Of a DNA stretch of 64,000 nt, positions 57,904-64,000 are shown piece by piece (within the stretch, counting starts at the first letter, position 1; each line of letters begins with the position of its first letter). The notes under the pieces are model-generated. The model was not told where the DNA came from and did not search any database. It worked only from the letters and a program-made list of their open reading frames with translations. The position numbers were made by a program, and so were the translations under genes. This stretch comes from Acidobacteriota bacterium (GTDB taxonomy: Bacteria; Acidobacteriota; CAIWXX01): positions 320,001 to 384,000 of the forward strand of contig JBFMAF010000010.1 in the NCBI GenBank assembly GCA_040755995.1. The letters are read 5' to 3'.

Positions 57904-57929
57904 GGAACAAATCACGGCGCACCCGCGTT
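57904..57929 (+). promoter_or_regulatory. ECF-type (probably autoregulatory) promoter
   Basis: GGAAC-17 bp-CGTT, 20 bp upstream of the ECF sigma ATG. Confidence 0.6.
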
Positions 57930-57948
57930 TATCCTGGTGAGATGAGCG

Positions 57949-58524
57949 ATGACTGAGGGATCGCCGAACGACAGAGAGCTCGTTCGGCGCTGCCTCAGAA
58001 AGGATGAAGAGGCGTGGCGACTGTTGATCGAGAGATACCACCGGCGAGTCTACAACCTCTGCTACCAGTTTTTCGGCAGAGCCGGAAGGGCGCAGGACAT
58101 GACTCAGGAGGTGTTCCTGAAGCTCTACGGCTCGCTCAGCCGGTTCAGGTTCGACATGGAATTCGCCAACTGGATCATGGCGGTCGCGCGGAACCTTTGC
58201 ATCGACGCCTATAGAAAGGAAAAGAAGAGCATGTTCGCCAACCTGGACGAAGCCGAACGCGTACCGGCTCCGGCCGGCCTCAGCCCGCTGGCCGAGCTCG
58301 AGCGGAAGGACGCGTACAGCCAGGTCCACGATGCGCTCGTTCGAGTAAGCGAGGACCTGAGGATGGCGGTCATCCTGAGGGACATCCAGGGGTGCAGCTA
58401 CGATGAGATTGCCGGTATAGCGGGAGTGCCTATCGGCACGGTGAAATCGAGGATCAACAGGGGGCGGCTCGAGCTGGCTCGCGTGCTGATGGGCGCCCGG
58501 GCCGAGAAGGAGCAAGGAGCATGA
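57949..58524 (+). CDS. ECF sigma-70 factor
   Basis: AQDMTQEVFLK, WIMAVARNLCID, SYDEIA..GTVKSRINRGR. Confidence 0.95.
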   Translation: MTEGSPNDRELVRRCLRKDEEAWRLLIERYHRRVYNLCYQFFGRAGRAQDMTQEVFLKLYGSLSRFRFDMEFANWIMAVARNLCIDAYRKEKKSMFANLDEAERVPAPAGLSPLAELERKDAYSQVHDALVRVSEDLRMAVILRDIQGCSYDEIAGIAGVPIGTVKSRINRGRLELARVLMGARAEKEQGA

Positions 58525-59141
58525 ACTGCAAACAGGTGCAGGACCTGCTTCCTGAGTACGTAGATCGCCAGGTGAGGCAGGTGTTCCTGCGCGACATCGA
58601 AGCGCATCTGCGAGGTTGCGATGAGTGTTCAAAGCTGCTCGCCGTCTACCGCGACAACATCCGGATACTCGGAGCGTTTCCGGAGATCGAGCCGCCGCCG
58701 GATCTCGCGGCAAAGATCTTCGAGCGGACGGCAAGGCGTGGGCTCATTCGCGCGTGGATCGAGCGATACCTGTCGCTTCCACGTTACATTCTCCTGCCCG
58801 TGGCAGCGGGGTTGCTCGTCGCCGTGCTCGCCCCCGTTCTCCTGAGCAACGATGCGGCATCCCGTTCGGCGACCAAGTACGCGCATCGCGCCTGGTCCTT
58901 CACATTGAAGCTGTACGGGAGGGCGGAAGGTGTCGGCCAGGAGATGGCCAGCCTCAAGAATCTCGTTTTCCTGATTCTGGATGAGCGGGTCGAGGAGCTG
59001 CAGGAGCAGGTCCAGAGCTACAAGGCTCGAAAACAAACCAACGAGCAGCGGCGGTCCCAGAGCAGCTACCTGATGTGCGGGTTGGACTCTGCAGGCTCGG
59101 ATACACAAGGAGCGGACTCCAATGTACTGCGTCAATCATGA
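58521..59141 (+). CDS. zf-HC2 membrane anti-sigma factor
   Basis: MNC..HLRGCDEC, one TM helix, coupled to the sigma gene. Confidence 0.88.
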   Translation: MNCKQVQDLLPEYVDRQVRQVFLRDIEAHLRGCDECSKLLAVYRDNIRILGAFPEIEPPPDLAAKIFERTARRGLIRAWIERYLSLPRYILLPVAAGLLVAVLAPVLLSNDAASRSATKYAHRAWSFTLKLYGRAEGVGQEMASLKNLVFLILDERVEELQEQVQSYKARKQTNEQRRSQSSYLMCGLDSAGSDTQGADSNVLRQS

Positions 59142-59766
59142 AGCCGTCGAGAGCGTGACACTCTGTCATGCGTGTGGCAAGGCGATCTGTGCGCAATGCC
59201 AGCATGACGTGAAGGGGGTCAACTACTGCCCGGACTGCCTTGCGAAGGCGGTTGAGCAGCCGAGGGTTGAACCGCCCCGGGCGAAGTCGCCGGGGCTTGC
59301 CGCCGTGCTTGCCTTCGTGCCGGGGCTCGGGGCGATTTACAACGGGCAGTACGTGAAGGCTGTTGCTTTCATCGCCGTTTTCGCGGGTCTCATCCATGCG
59401 ATTGACCGGGCCAGAGGCACAGAAGAGCCGTTCGCCGGGCTGCTCATGGCGGGCTTCTGGTTCTACATGATTTTCGACTCGGTGCGCTCGGCCAGGGCGA
59501 TCAACCAGGCGGCGGCATCAGAGGGGGCGGCACCCGCCGCGGCGGTGGCATCGATCAACGGCAAGGAGTCGCTGGGATGGGGTATCGCCATCACCGTGCT
59601 GGGCGTCGTTTTCCAGCTTTGGAACCTGGATCTCATAAAGCTCTCATCCGTTCTGAAGCTGTGGCCGGTGATCCTCATCGTGATCGCCGTCGGCATGCTG
59701 AAGAACTACTTCACCGCATCCGGCGCGGGTTCGAAGGAGAGGGAGGAGGAGAAGAAAGATGTCTAA
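59122..59766 (+). CDS. B-box Zn finger membrane protein with LiaF/DUF5668-like TM region
   Basis: CVNH..CHACGKAICAQC..YCPDC; PGLGAIYNGQY; LWPVILIVI. Confidence 0.85.
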   Translation: MYCVNHEAVESVTLCHACGKAICAQCQHDVKGVNYCPDCLAKAVEQPRVEPPRAKSPGLAAVLAFVPGLGAIYNGQYVKAVAFIAVFAGLIHAIDRARGTEEPFAGLLMAGFWFYMIFDSVRSARAINQAAASEGAAPAAAVASINGKESLGWGIAITVLGVVFQLWNLDLIKLSSVLKLWPVILIVIAVGMLKNYFTASGAGSKEREEEKKDV

Positions 59767-59965
59767 GAAAGCTTCGGCGGATGTGCTCGTTTTCGGACTT
59801 GCGCTGCTGGCCCTGGGCACGGTGTTCCTGCTGGAGAACTTCGGCGTGGAGCTGCACCTCTTGAGCGTGGTGGCCAAGTGGTGGCCGCTGATCCTGATTC
59901 TGTTCGGTGCATTGAAAATAAAGAGAGCGCTCCAGGAAAGGAGCGAGCGCGATGCGAGCTCGTGA
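59759..59965 (+). CDS. Small LiaF/DUF5668-like membrane protein
   Basis: FGLALLALGTVFLLEN..KWWPLILILFG; overlaps both neighbours. Confidence 0.8.
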   Translation: MSKKASADVLVFGLALLALGTVFLLENFGVELHLLSVVAKWWPLILILFGALKIKRALQERSERDASS

Positions 59966-61382
59966 GGTCGTATTCGTCCTGTTCGTGATAGCCGTCGGCC
60001 TCTGTATCCGGGCGGGGACGGGACTGAAGGAAGACCTGAAGGACTTCCATGGCTGGCAGATCCATTACTCGGACAAGGCGCACGAATACGTCGAGACCAA
60101 GGAAGAGGCGGTTGACGTGAAGGCGCCCATCCGTTTCGACAACAGCCACGGCGATGCCACGATCACGGGCTGGGATCAGCCGCGTGTTTCGATCAAGCTG
60201 ACGAAGCGCGTATACCTGGATGACGAAAAGAGGGCGAAGGAGGAGGCGGCCAAGGCGCACATCCTCCTCGAGTCGAGGGCCGGGGAGACGGTCATAGGGT
60301 GCGACCGCGGCGAGTCGCAGTCGTACCGTATCGAGACGGACTTCGACATCACGCTTCCTAACTCCATGGTGATCAAGGCGCGGAATGAGCACGGCGACTT
60401 GTCGCTGCACGATCTCAAACCCGCCGCTCTCGAAGTCACCGCCAACTACGGCGAGTGCATGCTCAAGAACGTTGCCGGAGACGTGACGATCCGGGCGGAT
60501 CACGGCGAGCCGACGATCGAGAACCTAACGGGCAATCTTTATGTCGAAAACACATACGGCGAGCTGCAGATCACACAGGTCTCGGGAGACGTGAAGGCCA
60601 AGAATACGCACGAGGACACTCAGGTTCAGAAGGTCGGGGGAGGGCTCGAGCTCGATTCCGACTACGGGGACATCGTCGTGCGCGAGATCGTCAAGGATGC
60701 CGTCGTCAGGGGCGATCATTCTGCCGTAGACCTCTCGGGCTGCGAGGGCAATGTGACCGTCGTGAACAGCTACGAGGACGTGCTGGTCGGCAAGGTGGCC
60801 GGTAAACTGGAAATCCACGGAGACCACAGCCCGGTCGATTTCAGCGGGATCGGAGGAGCTGCCAGAGTCGTGACCTCGTACGAGCGAATCAATGGGCAGG
60901 ATCTGGCCGGGGCGGTGGAGATACAGGCGGAGCGGGCGCCGGTAGACCTGGCGGGGGTGGCTGGTGGGTGCACGGTGCGAACCTCTTATGAGGACGTGAG
61001 CATCCGCGATTTCACCGGCCGAGTGGACGTCTCCGTGCCGCACTCCGGATGTCGCCTTCGCACGAACACGCCGCCTTCGGCCCCCATAGTCGTTCGCGCC
61101 GACAACGGTGACATCCGCCTGGTGCTGCCTCCAGAGTCTCAGTTCCAGCTCCTCGCCGAATCACTCACGGGTGAGGTGAACTGCAGATATCCAGGGATGA
61201 GCACCTACCGCGACGAACAAAAGCAGTTGACCCGGGTCACCGGGTCCTCCGGCGGCGGCGCGCGCGGCCCGATGATCGAGCTCTACTGCAAGTATGGAGA
61301 CGTGACCGTCGCGCAGACCACTGAGTCGGACGAGCAGGCAGAGACACGGGGCCGCGGTGACACGAAGACGCGGGGGCGTTGA
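59952..61382 (+). CDS. DUF4097 family beta-strand repeat protein
   Basis: N-terminal TM; repeated NxHG/SYE/DHS beta-solenoid units. Confidence 0.88.
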   Translation: MRAREVVFVLFVIAVGLCIRAGTGLKEDLKDFHGWQIHYSDKAHEYVETKEEAVDVKAPIRFDNSHGDATITGWDQPRVSIKLTKRVYLDDEKRAKEEAAKAHILLESRAGETVIGCDRGESQSYRIETDFDITLPNSMVIKARNEHGDLSLHDLKPAALEVTANYGECMLKNVAGDVTIRADHGEPTIENLTGNLYVENTYGELQITQVSGDVKAKNTHEDTQVQKVGGGLELDSDYGDIVVREIVKDAVVRGDHSAVDLSGCEGNVTVVNSYEDVLVGKVAGKLEIHGDHSPVDFSGIGGAARVVTSYERINGQDLAGAVEIQAERAPVDLAGVAGGCTVRTSYEDVSIRDFTGRVDVSVPHSGCRLRTNTPPSAPIVVRADNGDIRLVLPPESQFQLLAESLTGEVNCRYPGMSTYRDEQKQLTRVTGSSGGGARGPMIELYCKYGDVTVAQTTESDEQAETRGRGDTKTRGR

Positions 61383-61480
61383 GACCGGAGACGCGGCGAC
61401 GCGCGGACAGGGAGACAGTTACGCCGAGACGCGGAAAAGCGGCAGGTAATACCTGTCGCGGCCGCGCCGCGCGGACGCCG
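61340..61480 (+). repeat. 8-bp GAGACGCG/GGACACGG-type repeat tract spanning the DUF4097 stop
   Basis: gagacacggggccgcggtgacacgaagacgcgg..gagaccggagacgcggcgacgcgcggacagggagac..gagacgcgg. Confidence 0.6.
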
Positions 61481-61566
61481 GCTCGCAGGCGGGTTATAAT
61501 CTGCTACTGGGCGTGCGCGGTCCGCAGGCCGCACAACCCCGGGGACGGAGCAGAAAGGAAGAACGG

Positions 61567-62334
61567 ATGCTCTCGAAGAACGCGCCACGCACGGTGATCG
61601 TGACGGGCGGAGGGAGCGGGATCGGTCTGACCATGGCACGGCGTTTCGCCGAGGCGGGCGATCGTGTGGCAGTGTGTTCGCGAAAGGCGAGTAACCTGGA
61701 TCGTGCCCGCAGGGACATCACGGGCGATCTGCTCGTCGCCGAATGCGACGTGCGCGAGAAGTCGCAGATTCGAGAGTTCGTGTCACGAGTCGTGGAGCGA
61801 ATGGGGAACATCCACGTGTTGATCAACAATTCGGGGGTCGGCGGGCGCAACCCGATCGATCGGGACATGACCGATTTCTTCCGCGACTGCCTGGAGACCA
61901 ACGTGACGGGGGCCTTCCATTTCATCCAGAGGGTGCTGCCGGAAATGCCCGAGGACGGCCGGATCATCAACGTGGCCTCGGTGCTCGGGAAATTCGGCGT
62001 CCCGGCATCTTCCGCATACTGCGCAAGCAAGCACGCGCTGATCGGGTTAACGCGCGCGCTGGCCCTGGAGCTGGCTCCACGGCGCATCACCGTCAACGCG
62101 ATCTGCCCGGGCTGGGTCGACACTGAGATGTCACGGGATTCCATGGCGCAGCTTGCGGGCATCATGGGCACCACACCCGCCCAGTTCCAGAAGAAGGCTC
62201 TCGGCCATGTTCCGATTCAGCGCTTCGTCGAGCCCGACGAGGTCGCTGCGATGGCGCTGTACCTGGCATCGGCCGAGGCCGCTGCGATCACTGGGCAGGC
62301 CTTCAACATCTGCGGCGGCCAGAGCTTTTACTGA
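61567..62334 (+). CDS. SDR family NAD(P)-dependent oxidoreductase
   Basis: TGGGSGIG, NNSG, YCASK, NAICPGWVDT, NICGG. Confidence 0.93.
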   Translation: MLSKNAPRTVIVTGGGSGIGLTMARRFAEAGDRVAVCSRKASNLDRARRDITGDLLVAECDVREKSQIREFVSRVVERMGNIHVLINNSGVGGRNPIDRDMTDFFRDCLETNVTGAFHFIQRVLPEMPEDGRIINVASVLGKFGVPASSAYCASKHALIGLTRALALELAPRRITVNAICPGWVDTEMSRDSMAQLAGIMGTTPAQFQKKALGHVPIQRFVEPDEVAAMALYLASAEAAAITGQAFNICGGQSFY

Positions 62335-62467
62335 GTTCTCCGCAGCCGGAGCCGACCCCGTGCGTCTGCAACCCGGTGAGCGTGAACGTCGGCGGGAACG
62401 AGAACGTCGACGATCCCACCCGAGTAGCTATCCGGCCACCCGGAGTTCCTACCCGGGCCGCGCCTGA

Positions 62468-64000
62468 CTACAGCTTGTCGAACGCCTTCAGGTCTTCCAG
62501 GATGTCGATTGCGTTCTTGTAGCGGCGCTCGGGTTCCTTCTGCAGGCACTTGAGCATGATCTTGTCGCAGGCGGCAGGCAGGTCTTCGCGAACCTGGGTG
62601 GGCGGCGGCACCTTCTCGAAGAGATGCTGGTATAGGACACGCTCGCTGTGAAACGGCGGATGACCCACGAGCAGGTGATATAGTGACGCTCCCAGGGAGT
62701 AGATGTCAGTGCGGTGATCCACCTTCTTGCCCTGGATCTGCTCGGGTGACATGTAGTACGGCGTCCCGCTGACGGCGCCGCTCTGTGTCTGCTCCGATTC
62801 ATCCAGAATCTTGGCCAGCCCGAAGTCCATGAGCTTGATCTGCCCGCTCTTGGTCAACATTATGTTTGTGGGCTTGATATCACGGTGAATGATCTTCTGC
62901 TTGTGGGCGTAGTCGAGGGCCTGGCAGAGATGCCGGGTCAGGAACACGAACTGAGGCACCGTCAGGCGTTTCCACTTCTCGAGGAGCATCATGAAATCCT
63001 CGCCCTCGACGTACTCCATGGAGATGAAGTAGTTCTTGCCCATTCGCCCCACGTCGAACACCGTCACGATGTTGGGATGATTCAGGGCGGCGGCTGACCG
63101 GGCTTCCGTAAAAAACTGGTCGACCACCTTCTGGTCCGAGTGGATGGGGTGAGACAGGATTTTCAGCGCGACCAGGCGCTTGAGGATCTTGTCCTGCGCC
63201 TTGTACACCATTCCCATCCCGCCCTCGCCGATCTTGTCCAGCAACTCGTACCGCTCCAACCCGTCCGACGCCGCTGGCGCGACGATCTGCCCTGTGGTCT
63301 TCATCCCCGGGGGCGGAGCCTTCGACACCTCCTCCTCCAGCCGGCGGATGCGCTCGCGCACATCCCGATACGAGTAGTCTTCCTGTCCGATCTTCTTGAA
63401 CAGGGTCAACGCTTCGCGCTTGCGGCCCACCTTCTCGACGGCCTCTGCCATCAAGTAGTACAACTCGATCGTGCCGGACTGGATGGGCTGATCCGCTGTG
63501 GCCTTCATGTAGCGGTCGATCGCAAGGTCGAACTGCCCTTTGGCTACGAAGAGCTTCCCGAGGATTGTGCAGGCGGTGAGGTAGTGCTCGTCGGGCGGCG
63601 GCACCTTCTGGAGAAGCACCAGGGCCTTCTCGTCATCGCCCGCGTCTCTGGCGGCCATCCCGGCGTCGAAGAAACTGCTGGCTATCTCGAGCAGCTCGGC
63701 TGCCTTGGCGAAATTCTTCAGCTCGTTGTAGAGGTTACCCGCCTTCAGGAAATCGTTTCCTCGCTCGTACATGCTCGCGGCCATCTCGCGATCATTCGCC
63801 CTCAGGTAGGCCTCCGCGGCGGGCAGGAATGACTCGTTCTTCACGAAGCAGGCGGCGGATTCCCGGTACATGCCCTCCCATTCGTACAGCTCCGCGGCAC
63901 GCACAAAGTCCCCGGCCTTCTCGAACCAGGATGCCGCCTCGGCCTGCTTGCCGGCGGCTATGGCTCCCTCGGCGCGCATCGCGGCAGCGGCGGTAGATTC
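62468..64000 (-). CDS. TPR-repeat Ser/Thr protein kinase (5' end outside the window)
   Basis: Frame open to the window edge; AAELYE/AAEAY helical repeats; GEGGMG, VALK, HRDIKPTN, DFG, GTPYYMSPE. Confidence 0.92.
   Translation of the reverse strand, partial: ESTAAAAMRAEGAIAAGKQAEAASWFEKAGDFVRAAELYEWEGMYRESAACFVKNESFLPAAEAYLRANDREMAASMYERGNDFLKAGNLYNELKNFAKAAELLEIASSFFDAGMAARDAGDDEKALVLLQKVPPPDEHYLTACTILGKLFVAKGQFDLAIDRYMKATADQPIQSGTIELYYLMAEAVEKVGRKREALTLFKKIGQEDYSYRDVRERIRRLEEEVSKAPPPGMKTTGQIVAPAASDGLERYELLDKIGEGGMGMVYKAQDKILKRLVALKILSHPIHSDQKVVDQFFTEARSAAALNHPNIVTVFDVGRMGKNYFISMEYVEGEDFMMLLEKWKRLTVPQFVFLTRHLCQALDYAHKQKIIHRDIKPTNIMLTKSGQIKLMDFGLAKILDESEQTQSGAVSGTPYYMSPEQIQGKKVDHRTDIYSLGASLYHLLVGHPPFHSERVLYQHLFEKVPPPTQVREDLPAACDKIMLKCLQKEPERRYKNAIDILEDLKAFDKL

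Overview
GC-rich bacterial chromosomal window, probably Acidobacteriota or a related lineage (inferred from gene content, not demonstrated). Bases 1-16.4 kb are an accessory signalling and surface-protein island. It holds two tandem membrane Ser/Thr kinases with extracytoplasmic FGE-sulfatase (C-type-lectin-fold) domains, an FHA-domain sigma54 activator next to two divergent -24/-12 promoters, and several large secreted beta-propeller, beta-helix or Ig proteins. Two of the island's proteins end in the same Lys-rich IPT/TIG-like C-terminal domain. The rest is mostly housekeeping: xseA-xseB-ispA-tlyA, surE, Nramp-USP, two Ddl-like ATP-grasp ligases plus a GNAT behind tandem NrdR-box-like motifs, cutA, fatty-acid catabolism, glgB, a REP-associated tyrosine transposase carrying an internal REP pair, an acyl-CoA carboxylase beta subunit, transaldolase, hslUV, glgP, a eukaryote-type citrate synthase with a structured switch-like leader, an ECF sigma/anti-sigma operon, an SDR and a truncated TPR-kinase. 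GTAG-type REPs and 6-8 bp tandem-repeat tracts are scattered through the intergenic DNA and sometimes enter coding sequence. I saw no rRNA, tRNA, CRISPR array or reverse transcriptase. All family calls come from motif recognition by eye; no searches were run.
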